Assembly (NCBI GenBank): GCA_045630455.1
Contig: JAZQTD010000039.1
Span: 6,498-70,497 of the forward strand
Source of the DNA: Candidatus Enterousia sp.
GTDB taxonomy: Bacteria > Pseudomonadota > Alphaproteobacteria > Rs-D84
DNA: 64,000 bases
Direction of reading: 5' to 3'
Each line of letters starts with the position of its first letter. Positions within the stretch are counted from its first letter, which is position 1. This document shows positions 48,262 to 58,101 of the stretch, in pieces. The position numbers were made by a program, and so were the translations under genes. The notes beneath the pieces were generated by a model. It had not been told where the DNA came from. It did no database searches and was given only the letters and a program-made list of their open reading frames with translations.

Positions 48262-49224
48262 ATGAAAACAAAAATAATCTATATTTCTGGTAATGAAGTG
48301 TTCGAAATAGCTCAGATTCGCGCCGCTTTTGAAGAAGTACGCAGTGCGTTGGGGTTAGATAACGATACGATTTTATTCGGTGTGCCGGTTGATGCAGACA
48401 ACGCGTTGGCAAATACAACATCCGAATCAACAACCGCCCAAGAACCAACACCAATTACCACCACCGAAATCGAAGTCTGTGAAGAAATAATCGAACCGGC
48501 CCCAGAAATCACCCCAATTATCTCAGAAGTTATTGAACAAAACATCCCTACAGAACCTATGGTGGAAATTATCCCAGAACCCCTTCAAGAAATCGAATCC
48601 GTGGCGGATACTGTAGAAGAAACAGCAGTCCCAGAAACAGAACCAGAAACAGAACCGGTTATTCCAATTCTGTCTATATTATCAACAAACGATGATGCAC
48701 CAGAACAAACAGTCGAAGCATCTGAACCCTGTATCGAAACTGTGGCAGAAGCCACCACAATTGAACAGCCAGAAATCGATAACGCCGAAACATTGACTGT
48801 TTCAATTGATGATATTGTTGCAGACGAAGCACCTGTTATCGAACGCGAAAAAACACTGGAAGAATTGCTGGAATCTATGGAACCACTGGGCGAAGATGAA
48901 ATTCCAGAATTAGACATCGCACCAGAAGGCACCACAGAAGATACAGATTTTTCTATTTCTATGACGGATAATGTGGCGGATACTGATGCTACATTGGCAC
49001 AGTTAGCTAGCGAATTTGCACAAACCCAAGACAAAATTCCTGACGCACCAAAATCATCGAGCAATGGAAAAATCGGAAAACTAAAAAATATTTTACCGTT
49101 CAAAAAGGCAAAACGTGACGATTCTGGACTGATGGGCGATCTGTTCGGATGGGCGGGAATTGCAGCGAACGACGAAGACTTTTCTATCCCGGGATTCTTT
49201 ACCAGCGCCGGTGGTCAAAAATAA
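48262..49224 (+). CDS. hypothetical highly acidic Glu/Thr/Pro/Ile-rich protein
   Basis: ATG at 48262 preceded by a GGGGGGG RBS. It has long low-complexity acidic segments. No family recognised. Confidence 0.5.
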   Translation: MKTKIIYISGNEVFEIAQIRAAFEEVRSALGLDNDTILFGVPVDADNALANTTSESTTAQEPTPITTTEIEVCEEIIEPAPEITPIISEVIEQNIPTEPMVEIIPEPLQEIESVADTVEETAVPETEPETEPVIPILSILSTNDDAPEQTVEASEPCIETVAEATTIEQPEIDNAETLTVSIDDIVADEAPVIEREKTLEELLESMEPLGEDEIPELDIAPEGTTEDTDFSISMTDNVADTDATLAQLASEFAQTQDKIPDAPKSSSNGKIGKLKNILPFKKAKRDDSGLMGDLFGWAGIAANDEDFSIPGFFTSAGGQK

Positions 49225-49236
49225 AAAAACACGTGA

Positions 49237-50286
49237 ATGGAAAAAGAAACAATTCTTAGATTGTTATATAATTCGGGTTTTCATAACCTGAGTATAGATG
49301 ATGCGTTTATTCGTATGGAAGACCCAGGTTGTGTCATTCGCAGTTTTCAGACTTTTTTTGAATACGCCTGGACAATTTTAATGTTTATTGTCGGGATTTT
49401 GTTGGCGGGTTGGGCCTGGGCAATGATACGCGGGTCTAAGAATGCGCAACTGGAATCTATTGCAAATAACATAAAAAACTTGGTGTTTATTTTCGGCATA
49501 ATTTGTGCAGTTCCCGTTATTGTTAACGCCATTTACGGCGGTGATTTAATCGGCCAAGGTTGCAAAACTATTTCTATTCCGCTGAAAAATGTTAATGCTC
49601 TGCTGGATCTGCGCAACAAGAAGATGGAAAAGTACGATGAATATAAACTATACGAAGAATTTGACATATATGATTCAGGCGTAAATATAGCGGCCGAACC
49701 ATATTCAGACGTTCCCCTGGTGTCCTCTGGCGTACCGGGCGCGATGTACGACTGGACAGAAGAGTCAGTCCAAGCATCGTCTTTGCAGTCGTCGTCGACT
49801 GTTGCAATGCCTGTCCAAACTTCATCTGGCACCGCGAATATGACACCAGTGCGTGCGATACAATCTGGCAATGATGTGATTTTTATTGCTGATGACAACA
49901 CACAATATAAACAAGTGGGCGGAACACGTGCGTGGCGCAATAATAATCCAGGCAATATTCGTATGTCTGATTTTTCACAACTCGCCGGCGCAATCGGAGA
50001 GGCAGGTGGATTTGCGGTATTTCCAGATGAAGCCACTGGTATGCGCGCGGTAAAAAGTTTACTGTTGGGCAACAGTTATAAAAACCTGACTATTGCAAAT
50101 GCAATCAGTCGATATGCACCACCATCTGAAAACAATACTGTTGCATATCAACGCAGTATTGAACGTCTGACCGGTTTATCTATTAACCGAAAAATATCTG
50201 ATTTAAGCGACTCGGAACTGGATAAAGTTATTAACGCAATTCGACAAATCGAAGGCTGGAAGCCGGGTAAAGTTGAACAAATATAA
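49237..50286 (+). CDS. hypothetical membrane-anchored protein with conserved C-terminal WRNNNPGNIR domain
   Basis: 349 aa with two N-terminal TMs. The C-terminal ~130 aa (GGTRAWRNNNPGNIR...GFAVFPDEATGMRA...YAPPSENNT..Y) look like a conserved globular domain that I cannot name. Confidence 0.5.
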   Translation: MEKETILRLLYNSGFHNLSIDDAFIRMEDPGCVIRSFQTFFEYAWTILMFIVGILLAGWAWAMIRGSKNAQLESIANNIKNLVFIFGIICAVPVIVNAIYGGDLIGQGCKTISIPLKNVNALLDLRNKKMEKYDEYKLYEEFDIYDSGVNIAAEPYSDVPLVSSGVPGAMYDWTEESVQASSLQSSSTVAMPVQTSSGTANMTPVRAIQSGNDVIFIADDNTQYKQVGGTRAWRNNNPGNIRMSDFSQLAGAIGEAGGFAVFPDEATGMRAVKSLLLGNSYKNLTIANAISRYAPPSENNTVAYQRSIERLTGLSINRKISDLSDSELDKVINAIRQIEGWKPGKVEQI

Positions 50287-50299
50287 AAGGATAAACACA

Positions 50300-50920
50300 A
50301 TGAAATCACAACGCGGTGGAACTTTGGTTAATGTTTTACTGATTCTAATGCTAGTTGGGGTATGTGCATTACTTTTTATGCTGATAAAGGGGGACTTTAA
50401 CAAATCAGGTACAACTATTGCCCAATCCAGCCCAACAATAACACAACGAGCATCTGGGGCCGTGTCTGTATCTAGCCTTTTTACAGACGGTTTGGGGACA
50501 CCGGACGTAATTACACATGGCACACTGGATGAATTTGGCGCAGGTGTTGAAAGCATCGCTGAATTTAATCGTGACATTAACAATGATGGAAAAACAGACC
50601 GCATAACTCGCACTCATATCGCCACTGGCAATGCACACGATTATGATGAATATAAAATTGAACTAAATAAAAACGACACAATGCAAGATATTACCCCAAA
50701 AGGATTCAGAACAACCCACGGTGCTAACTGTGCGCTGCGTCTGATTCAGTTCCATTTTGAACCTGCGTTTGGCGCAACTGTTATATCGCGCCCATTTAAA
50801 GATACTTGGGATACGCCATCAGTTGCGACAAAAACAGAATACAAATTAGAAAACAATCAAATTACAAACAGCCTCAGCACACAAATGAAAGCCGTTTGTG
50901 ATGTAAAAGATTTATTTTAA
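50300..50920 (+). CDS. hypothetical protein with N-terminal TM and Asp-rich (NNDGKTDRI) motif
   Basis: RBS AAAAGGA. Start MKSQRGGTLVNVLLILMLVGV, which is pilin/pseudopilin-like in its hydrophobic N-terminus. The function is unknown. Confidence 0.45.
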   Translation: MKSQRGGTLVNVLLILMLVGVCALLFMLIKGDFNKSGTTIAQSSPTITQRASGAVSVSSLFTDGLGTPDVITHGTLDEFGAGVESIAEFNRDINNDGKTDRITRTHIATGNAHDYDEYKIELNKNDTMQDITPKGFRTTHGANCALRLIQFHFEPAFGATVISRPFKDTWDTPSVATKTEYKLENNQITNSLSTQMKAVCDVKDLF

Positions 50921-51631
50921 ATGCATTTGAGCGGCCAGATAGTCTAATTCAGATAAGACAGTTGTACTGCGCATACTGTACAACATTCCAAAAGAATCTA
51001 TAATCAAATGATCAAAAATAGTTATCTTGTGCTGTAATAATATTTTCCCCAGCTCTATTGTCATATCAACATCATCTTGGGATGCGGTGCAATCGCCCAC
51101 AGGATGATTATGAAATAAAGCAACACGTGTTGCACCCGTCATTAATGCACGCGCTAATATTTTATCTGGATATACATTTGAATGATTAACCGTACCAACA
51201 TCATTTAATTCATTGTATAAAACACGACCTGAATCATCAAGATACATAACATGCATTTCTTCGGTGGGTTTATTCGCCAGATGAATTCGACAGTATTCTT
51301 GAAGACGAGCTGGATTTACAATTACCGATTCCACTTTGTCTCGGGCACGATATCCTTTTGCAATAATGCTGTGCAGTAATTTGAAAAATATCGCAACCCC
51401 GTCACCCACACCTGGAACAGAGGTTATATCTTCGGGTTTGGCAAGAATAGCGTTATATGCAGAACCAAACTTTTGCATCAACAATCGTGAAGGCACACGC
51501 ACATCACGACGTTGGATTACATAAGTCATCAGCAGTTCCATTTCATCAGCGTCACTGGCATTGCCTGCTTCGAATTTACTACGCAGATGTTCACGATGCC
51601 CCGCACGCATTAATGGATCTGACTTTGCCAT
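50912..51631 (-). CDS. radC: RadC-family JAB-domain protein
   Basis: The HhH-like N-half (ELLMTYV..., GVGDGVA) and the JAMM motif LFHNHPVGDCTASQDD. Confidence 0.85.
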   Translation of the reverse strand: MAKSDPLMRAGHREHLRSKFEAGNASDADEMELLMTYVIQRRDVRVPSRLLMQKFGSAYNAILAKPEDITSVPGVGDGVAIFFKLLHSIIAKGYRARDKVESVIVNPARLQEYCRIHLANKPTEEMHVMYLDDSGRVLYNELNDVGTVNHSNVYPDKILARALMTGATRVALFHNHPVGDCTASQDDVDMTIELGKILLQHKITIFDHLIIDSFGMLYSMRSTTVLSELDYLAAQMHLK

Positions 51632-51639
51632 AATATATC

Positions 51640-52401
51640 CTAAATCATTTTTTCTGTAAATATTACTGCGCCATCTTCGGTAATACCGATTGTGTGTTCC
51701 CATTGCGCCGACAGACCACCGTCAACCGTACGAGCAGTCCAGCCATCTTCATCAATCTTGCATTCTGGTCGACCTGTGTTAATCATTGGTTCAATCGTAA
51801 ACACTAATCCTGGAACCATCTTAACTTTATCCCAACGCTTATCATAAAAGTGATAAATTTGTGGCTCGTCGTGCATAACCTTGCCAATGCCGTGCCCAAC
51901 AAAGTCACGCGAAATCGAAAAGCCGTGCGGGGTAACAACTTCTTCGATAACACGGCCGATTTCAGACAGAGGAACCCCCGGTGCACAGATTGAAATCGCC
52001 GCATTCAGTGCATTTTGGCATACATTTACCAATTTTCGCGCTTGATTCGACACATTGCCAATCATAAACATACGCGATGCATCACCGTGAAAACCCTTGA
52101 ATTCGGCAGTTAAATCAACGTTTACAATATCGCCGTCTTTTAATACGACATCATCACTGGGGATGCCGTGAACAATGACATCATTCACAGATGTACAAAT
52201 ATGTTTTGGATAACCCTGATATCCTAAATCAGATGAACGTGCACCGTTTTCTTTTAAAAATTCAGCAACCATGCGATCAATTTCACCCGTTGAAATCCCT
52301 GCTTTGATATATGGCGAAATAAAATCAAAACAACGTGCGACCAAATCACCAACCACACGCAGACGCTTAAAATCTTTTGGAGCATAAACAGATGCTAACA
52401 T
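51640..52401 (-). CDS. map: methionine aminopeptidase, type I
   Basis: 253 aa with metal ligands in context: GDIVNVD, GFHGD, GHGIG, FTIEP and QWEHT. Confidence 0.95.
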   Translation of the reverse strand: MLASVYAPKDFKRLRVVGDLVARCFDFISPYIKAGISTGEIDRMVAEFLKENGARSSDLGYQGYPKHICTSVNDVIVHGIPSDDVVLKDGDIVNVDLTAEFKGFHGDASRMFMIGNVSNQARKLVNVCQNALNAAISICAPGVPLSEIGRVIEEVVTPHGFSISRDFVGHGIGKVMHDEPQIYHFYDKRWDKVKMVPGLVFTIEPMINTGRPECKIDEDGWTARTVDGGLSAQWEHTIGITEDGAVIFTEKMI

Positions 52402-52405
52402 TTTC

Positions 52406-53392
52406 TTAATTCCTTCTTTTGATTGCTAATTTGGCGGCACGCACCGATAATTTTAACGCAAAATCACGTAATAAAACCTCGGCCGGCATACCAGTTGTAC
52501 GCAATTGTTTTTCAAGTTCATTCAGACGATTTAAAACCATCGTTATTTCAGATACAGGCCAAATTTTGACCGCATTGTTAAATTTTTCCGCAACCTTCCA
52601 AAACAGACGTGGCAACTGGCCATCGACAACCGCCGTCAATAATTTCTTGAAATGAATATCCAGCATACGTACCAACATATTCGGCTCTGCATTATCATAC
52701 AGCAATCTGTCCAATGCCGTCATAGTCTGGGCAATATGACCCGCAGTTAACGAATATAAAAAATCATCCATATCTGCCGCCGCAGAATCCGGCAAACACT
52801 TTTCAACATCGTCTAAATCAACGGTCTTTTTATCATTTACATACAGTGCTATCTTGGTCAAAAAGCCACGTGTAATTCCACGATCCCCACCCAAATGTGC
52901 TGTCATATACGCCATCGCATCCGGATGAATACGACCGATTCCCGCCGCTGCCAATTCATTGCGTATAAGCGGTTCCAACGTTCGCGCATCGTCTGTATAA
53001 CACGCCAATGCCGCCAACTTTTCGCCGCCCTCGAACAAAGAGCGCAAACCGCCACCACTGCGCAAATCGCCACCCGTCACAATTACGGTTGCACAAAGTC
53101 CTGGGTGTTCGATTAATTCTGTAATTTGCTTTGCCGATGCATCACCCGCATTGGAAATAATAACCATCTTGCGGCCACCGAACATAGATGGCGTACAACT
53201 TTCTGCGAACAATGCGTCTTGTTTATCCCGCAAGTCATCAGAATCCAGCGCAAACAAGTTATCTTTTTCAATCCCCAGTTTCGCAATTGCACGATCACAG
53301 TATTCATCAACCTGGCCAGCATCGGGACCGTATATCAGCACCGCACGTACAGTTTCAATCCCAGTGTTAAAATCGGTTTCTTTCCATTTCAT
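52406..53392 (-). CDS. holA: DNA polymerase III subunit delta
   Basis: 328 aa with the conserved N-terminal pattern (VLIYGPD.G), positioned directly downstream of lptE as in many proteobacteria. Confidence 0.75.
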   Translation of the reverse strand: MKWKETDFNTGIETVRAVLIYGPDAGQVDEYCDRAIAKLGIEKDNLFALDSDDLRDKQDALFAESCTPSMFGGRKMVIISNAGDASAKQITELIEHPGLCATVIVTGGDLRSGGGLRSLFEGGEKLAALACYTDDARTLEPLIRNELAAAGIGRIHPDAMAYMTAHLGGDRGITRGFLTKIALYVNDKKTVDLDDVEKCLPDSAAADMDDFLYSLTAGHIAQTMTALDRLLYDNAEPNMLVRMLDIHFKKLLTAVVDGQLPRLFWKVAEKFNNAVKIWPVSEITMVLNRLNELEKQLRTTGMPAEVLLRDFALKLSVRAAKLAIKRRN

Positions 53393-53871
53393 TATTTTTT
53401 ATCGACTGTTTTCGTATGGGTTGCAGTAATTGCACGGGTACTGATTTTATCCGCAAGCACCGTTAATGAATTTTTCACTGCATTATTGTACGATGCATTT
53501 GATGCAACCAAATATCGTACAAACGTATATGATTCAGATGCACGCTCGGTTCCTGTGGCTAAGACCTTACCTGTTGTCGTTTCTGACAGTTTGAAAGAAG
53601 CAGTCATTGATATTTCTTGCCATGTGGCATCACCAGTTTGTTCCAATGCCTTATATTGTGTTGTCGGCTCGCCCAAATCTATGGACAATGTATATTTTGA
53701 GCTTGCATCACGTGCACCACCAAATTTTGCGTTTAGCGCATTGCGTAATTCAATACCGTTAATCCCACGAATTGGTAACACATAAATATCAGAATCGTTG
53801 TCAATGTACATTGGGGTAAAACCACATCCTGATAACAGCAGTAACGATAAAATTATTTTCTTCATAGGCAA
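53392..53871 (-). CDS. lptE: LPS-assembly lipoprotein LptE
   Basis: Lipobox LLLLSGCGF, 159 aa, and synteny with holA. Confidence 0.65.
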   Translation of the reverse strand: MPMKKIILSLLLLSGCGFTPMYIDNDSDIYVLPIRGINGIELRNALNAKFGGARDASSKYTLSIDLGEPTTQYKALEQTGDATWQEISMTASFKLSETTTGKVLATGTERASESYTFVRYLVASNASYNNAVKNSLTVLADKISTRAITATHTKTVDKK

Positions 53872-53929
53872 ACTTCCTGTTGCAGTTTATACTTATATTA
53901 GCTACACTTTTAATAAATCGCAAGGGAGA

Positions 53930-55168
53930 ATGATGAATATTTTTATTATGATTTTAGTTGTGCTGTTTATGGCGGGCTATTATGTGATGGACAGCCCCAG
54001 CCAAAAAATCCAAGAGCACGACACAGAATATTCAATAAAAAAATCTGATATGCGCTCAATTGCTCAATGCGCCGCAGCAGTTCATAATGCACAAATCAAA
54101 GGCACTGTATTTGAAGATATCTGTGTACAACAAAACACTATCAACAGTCGTTATATTTGCTTGGACAATCGGCGAAATATAACCAAGTGCGAAATTATAA
54201 AAAATAAGAAGCCTGCATTCAGTTATATTGTTACATCTACAGCCCCTATTGCGAGCGAACAATACAATAGCATGATGGAAATACTGGAATCAGAATTTAG
54301 TGATGCAGGAACATTTGGAATATTTAACGATAATGTAATTGTATCTGGCGGGACCAGCACAAAGCGCATCGTACCCAAAACTATTATCGAACAAATGAAA
54401 TTGCAACCGGGCCAGTTGGTATATCTGACACAATACGAAATTCCAGATACACTGACTGAATATACGGTTAATATTACCGAAGACATCGCGTGTCCTGTGG
54501 GTACAGTCAAAGTTTTTCGTTTCGGTCGCTGGCAATGTACAGGATACAATGTCAAAACAAACTGTGGCGGGGATATGATATGGGATTCTGACTTAATGGA
54601 ATGTATCCCAGATGAATCACGCAAACCACTGTGTGCCAACAACCAAACCGCAGTTATGGTAGACAGTGTGTGGGAATGCATCAGCCCATTCCCAGAAAAA
54701 AGTTGTCCGGATAAAATGGTGGCACAATTAAACTATAATACACTGGAATGGGAATGTGTTGGCGCCCCAGCCGCAAATGCACCATCGAAAAAATGCGACC
54801 ACATAAAATACAGTAATGCATACGGCGTAGCCGGCGCAACCCTGCGCGCGCCACAAACGTCTTGCACAGACTGTGAAAAAATGATTGTGAACAACGAAAC
54901 GTGTATTGCTAGATGTGTGCCAGATGAAACAAAAATCAACGACCCACGATGCTATAACGGCAATGTATCGGAATGCACTGGCCCGACACGTGCCCTGTTC
55001 TTTGGGTTTCCAAATCGCGAATACGTAAACCAGTCTGGCATCGATGGAATAAATGTGCCGCTGGGGTCGGGATATTCACAAAATCGACGATTTAACTGTA
55101 AAGACTGTGGCGAAACAGGTATAAACATTGAGTTATCTAAACCACCGTATGTTGTTATATGCAATTAA
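53930..55168 (+). CDS. hypothetical membrane-anchored Cys-rich protein
   Basis: RBS AAGGGAGA. Start MMNIFIMILVVLFMAGYYV (TM). The C-terminal 250 aa contain over 20 Cys in repeated C...W(E/Q)C-like spacing. Confidence 0.55.
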   Translation: MMNIFIMILVVLFMAGYYVMDSPSQKIQEHDTEYSIKKSDMRSIAQCAAAVHNAQIKGTVFEDICVQQNTINSRYICLDNRRNITKCEIIKNKKPAFSYIVTSTAPIASEQYNSMMEILESEFSDAGTFGIFNDNVIVSGGTSTKRIVPKTIIEQMKLQPGQLVYLTQYEIPDTLTEYTVNITEDIACPVGTVKVFRFGRWQCTGYNVKTNCGGDMIWDSDLMECIPDESRKPLCANNQTAVMVDSVWECISPFPEKSCPDKMVAQLNYNTLEWECVGAPAANAPSKKCDHIKYSNAYGVAGATLRAPQTSCTDCEKMIVNNETCIARCVPDETKINDPRCYNGNVSECTGPTRALFFGFPNREYVNQSGIDGINVPLGSGYSQNRRFNCKDCGETGINIELSKPPYVVICN

Positions 55169-55191
55169 AATGCCCCAATCGGGGCATTTCT

Positions 55192-56118
55192 TTATCCACA
55201 AATCAAATACAGAACATATGCCAAGTACGCCACAATAAATAACATCCCTGGGATAAAAGTTAAACGTTTGTATGGCATAACAAACACCCACAGCATTACT
55301 GTTGTCAATATCGCAACAATTCCATCAAATAAAAACGCAGAATTAAATGGTATCGGCAATATCAGCCCCGCAATCCCAAGAACAAACAAAATATTAAATA
55401 TATTTGAACCCACAATATTGCCAATTGCAATATCAGATTCACCTTTGCGGGCGGCGATAACGCTGGTGACCAGTTCTGGCAAACTGGTGCCAAGTGCGAC
55501 AATTGTCAAACCAATTACACGCTCAGATATACCAATATATCGGGCAATAGAAACCGCAGATTCTACTGTTAAATTACTGCCCCAGACCAATGCCACCAAC
55601 CCCAAAACAATATACAGCACAATCTTTGTTGTGGATAATTTTTTTATCTGGTCAATAGAGCATTCTGTGTTGCGCGACATAAAATACAAATACCCCAGAA
55701 ACACGACAAACAATCCTAAAAACAGCCCTGCCCCAGCACGCGAAATCATACCATATTGCAACCCCAACCAGTACAACAGTATTGTTATCAATACAACAAA
55801 CGGTATTTCATAACGAACTGTATTTTTCTGGACCACCAATGGAGTTATCATCGCCGTCAACCCCAATGTAAATAATACATTTACTATATTTGATCCCAAA
55901 ACATTTCCTATGGCAATCGCATTTGAACCGTGTAATGCAGAAGATATACTGACCGCGGCCTCTGGCGCACTGGTTCCCATTGCAACCACCGTCAAACCAA
56001 TAATAATCGGCGGTATACACATACGTGTAGCCAAACAGGATGCACCATCGACAAAGTAGTCTGCACCCTTAACCAATAAAACAAAACCCAAAACCAGTAA
56101 AATTAAATCTATTAACAT
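55192..56118 (-). CDS. CaCA-family Na+/Ca2+ exchanger (YrbG-like)
   Basis: 308 aa with two alpha-repeat motifs (GTSAPE and GTSLPEL) and GADYFVDGAS near the N-terminus. Confidence 0.8.
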   Translation of the reverse strand: MLIDLILLVLGFVLLVKGADYFVDGASCLATRMCIPPIIIGLTVVAMGTSAPEAAVSISSALHGSNAIAIGNVLGSNIVNVLFTLGLTAMITPLVVQKNTVRYEIPFVVLITILLYWLGLQYGMISRAGAGLFLGLFVVFLGYLYFMSRNTECSIDQIKKLSTTKIVLYIVLGLVALVWGSNLTVESAVSIARYIGISERVIGLTIVALGTSLPELVTSVIAARKGESDIAIGNIVGSNIFNILFVLGIAGLILPIPFNSAFLFDGIVAILTTVMLWVFVMPYKRLTFIPGMLFIVAYLAYVLYLICG

Positions 56119-56256
56119 TTTCTTTCCTTTAATAAAACCGCTAGGAAATTATATCATATGAAACAAAGCTTGTCGATTACGTCTTGTTTTTTTTCCTGTT
56201 CAATATTTATAATATATAGTTTATAATAAACATTATTAAGCCAAAGGAGAAAACTG

Positions 56257-56691
56257 ATGAAATTTAAAATGTTTGCAATCGGCGCATGTGCAATGGCACT
56301 GGCGGCGTGCGATATGAACACTCAAAACCCGGATATGTTAAAGGGTAAGCACTTTGTAGCAGCCCAGCCAGATGCAACGATTGTGCTGTCTTTTGCGCCA
56401 GACGAAATGCGCGTTAACGGCAAGGTTGTAAACCTGTATAACGGGGCATATACAGCCGATGGGAACAACATTAAGTTTGATGGATTCGCATCAACTATGA
56501 TGATGGGCGAACCAAATGCAATGATGGCCGAGACTGAGTACTTCCAGTTTATGCCAACGGTCACAACATATGAACTGCGCGACGGAACACTGGTACTGAC
56601 CGCACAAGACGGCACAGAAATCGTATTCACAGCGGTTGAAACCGACCCACTGGCGACAACCGAGACAGTGACTGAAACAGTGACTGAATAA
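56257..56691 (+). CDS. META/HslJ-domain lipoprotein
   Basis: Lipobox MALAAC. F....L.F.........G..N.Y.G.Y......I.F....ST.M.. is the META domain pattern. Confidence 0.65.
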   Translation: MKFKMFAIGACAMALAACDMNTQNPDMLKGKHFVAAQPDATIVLSFAPDEMRVNGKVVNLYNGAYTADGNNIKFDGFASTMMMGEPNAMMAETEYFQFMPTVTTYELRDGTLVLTAQDGTEIVFTAVETDPLATTETVTETVTE

Positions 56692-56695
56692 AAAC

Positions 56696-56724
56696 TTGAC
56701 ACGGGGCAAAAATACATGTATAAT
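56696..56724 (+). promoter_or_regulatory. perfect-consensus sigma70 promoter of tRNA-Glu
   Basis: TTGACA-17 nt-TATAAT, ending 32 nt upstream of the tRNA 5' end. Confidence 0.55.
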
Positions 56725-56803
56725 TTGCCGGCGTTCGATAAGAACATGGCAGTTTTGGCCCCATCGTCTAGAGGCCTAGGACACCGCCCTTTCAAGGCGA
56801 GAA
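56722..56803 (+). repeat. 82-bp direct repeat, copy 1 (tRNA-Glu leader plus nt 1-47)
   Basis: Identical base for base to 61693-61774 by my own character comparison. Confidence 0.9.
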
Positions 56804-56832
56804 CACCGGTTCGAATCCGGTTGGGGCTGCCA
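56757..56832 (+). tRNA. tRNA-Glu (anticodon TTC), CCA encoded
   Basis: GGCCCCA TC GTCT AGAGGCCTA GGAC A CCGCC CTTTCAA GGCGA GAAC ACCGG TTCGAAT CCGGT TGGGGCT G CCA. Confidence 0.9.
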
Positions 56833-57183
56833 GAATAACAAAATCACCCAAACGGGTGATTTTTTATTTGTTTTCTAATACTTTCACAAGTTCGTAAGTT
56901 GGGTGGTAAAAAACATGCCCGTTTTGATAACTTTCGAACTTTTTATAAAAAAAGGTTAGAAATCTAACCTTTTGCTTTGTTCGAATTCGTAAAAGGCGAT
57001 ATAACTAATAGTATTAATTTATAAATCTGATTTTTCCATAATATACGATTTATGAAATCGGTATTTGATTAATCTCGTATTCAGTAGTTCTTTGGCCTTT
57101 TTGGTGTATAAAAATCACACGATTTTTGTTTACAAAATAATCCACATTGTGTACTATGTTTCACCGAACAAGGAAGAAATACA

Positions 57184-58101
57184 TTGTCTGACGTCGGTAT
57201 TTTATCGTCTGTTTTGTTGAATACCCTGATTATTGGTTCGGGTTATGCGATTGTCGCGATGGCTTTCCGCTTGATGTTTTCTGTATCTCCATTTTTTAAT
57301 ATGGCGTTGGGGGCATCGGTTGCATTGGGTGCATATCTGGGGTACGCGTTCTTGCCGATGTTTGGTATTTATGCGTATCCGTTGATTTTGGCGGGGGTGA
57401 TTTTATTTACCTGGGCCCAGGAAGCATTTATTTATCGCCCTATGCGACAATTTGGTGCAAGTCCAATGGTTTTATTGGTTGTATCATTGGGTGTTTATAC
57501 AATATTTGAATCGGTCATTCATTTGATATTTGGCCCGCAATATCAAACACTGGGAACGGTTGCGGAATTATCACAAATAAACCTGGGGTTTGCACATTTG
57601 CCATTGGTTCAATTGATTATAATCATATTGGGCGCATTATCGTTGGTTGGTATATACGTTTTGTTGCAAAAAACTTTCCTGGGTAAAGAAATTCGTGCAA
57701 TTGCACAAAATCCTGATTTAGCATTTACCACAGGCATAAACATCAATCGTGTTATCATCATTGTTTCCATAGTTGTTGGTGCAATATTGGGGGCATATGG
57801 TGTCTGTGTTGGATATGATACAGGTATGGAACCAACGATGGGATTTAACATTTTATTCAAAGGCATGATAGGCGCAATTATCGGCGGTCCAACGGTATTG
57901 GCGGCATATCTGGGTGCTATGGTATTGGCATTGGCGGAAAATATCGGTGTTTGGTTCTTTGCAAGTCAGTGGCGCGATTTAATCGCATTTGTGATATTTA
58001 TTTTGTTATTATGGTGGCAACCAAATGGAATATTTGTTCGCGCACCGAAAAAAGCTTCTTGTGAAATTAAACTAAATAAACCAAAAAGAAAAAGAAAATG
58101 A
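57184..58101 (+). CDS. livH: branched-chain amino acid ABC transporter permease (LivH-type)
   Basis: TTG start with RBS AGGAAG. 305 aa with about 8 TMs and an N-terminus LLNTLIIGSGYAIVAMAF typical of LivH. Confidence 0.8.
   Translation: MSDVGILSSVLLNTLIIGSGYAIVAMAFRLMFSVSPFFNMALGASVALGAYLGYAFLPMFGIYAYPLILAGVILFTWAQEAFIYRPMRQFGASPMVLLVVSLGVYTIFESVIHLIFGPQYQTLGTVAELSQINLGFAHLPLVQLIIIILGALSLVGIYVLLQKTFLGKEIRAIAQNPDLAFTTGININRVIIIVSIVVGAILGAYGVCVGYDTGMEPTMGFNILFKGMIGAIIGGPTVLAAYLGAMVLALAENIGVWFFASQWRDLIAFVIFILLLWWQPNGIFVRAPKKASCEIKLNKPKRKRK

Noticed and set aside
48585-50072. 172-aa and 179-aa minus-strand ORFs
   Set aside because: They are antisense shadows of the acidic-protein and WRNNNPGNIR-protein genes. 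Ser-rich low-complexity translation is typical of the reverse strand of GAA/GAT-rich coding sequence.
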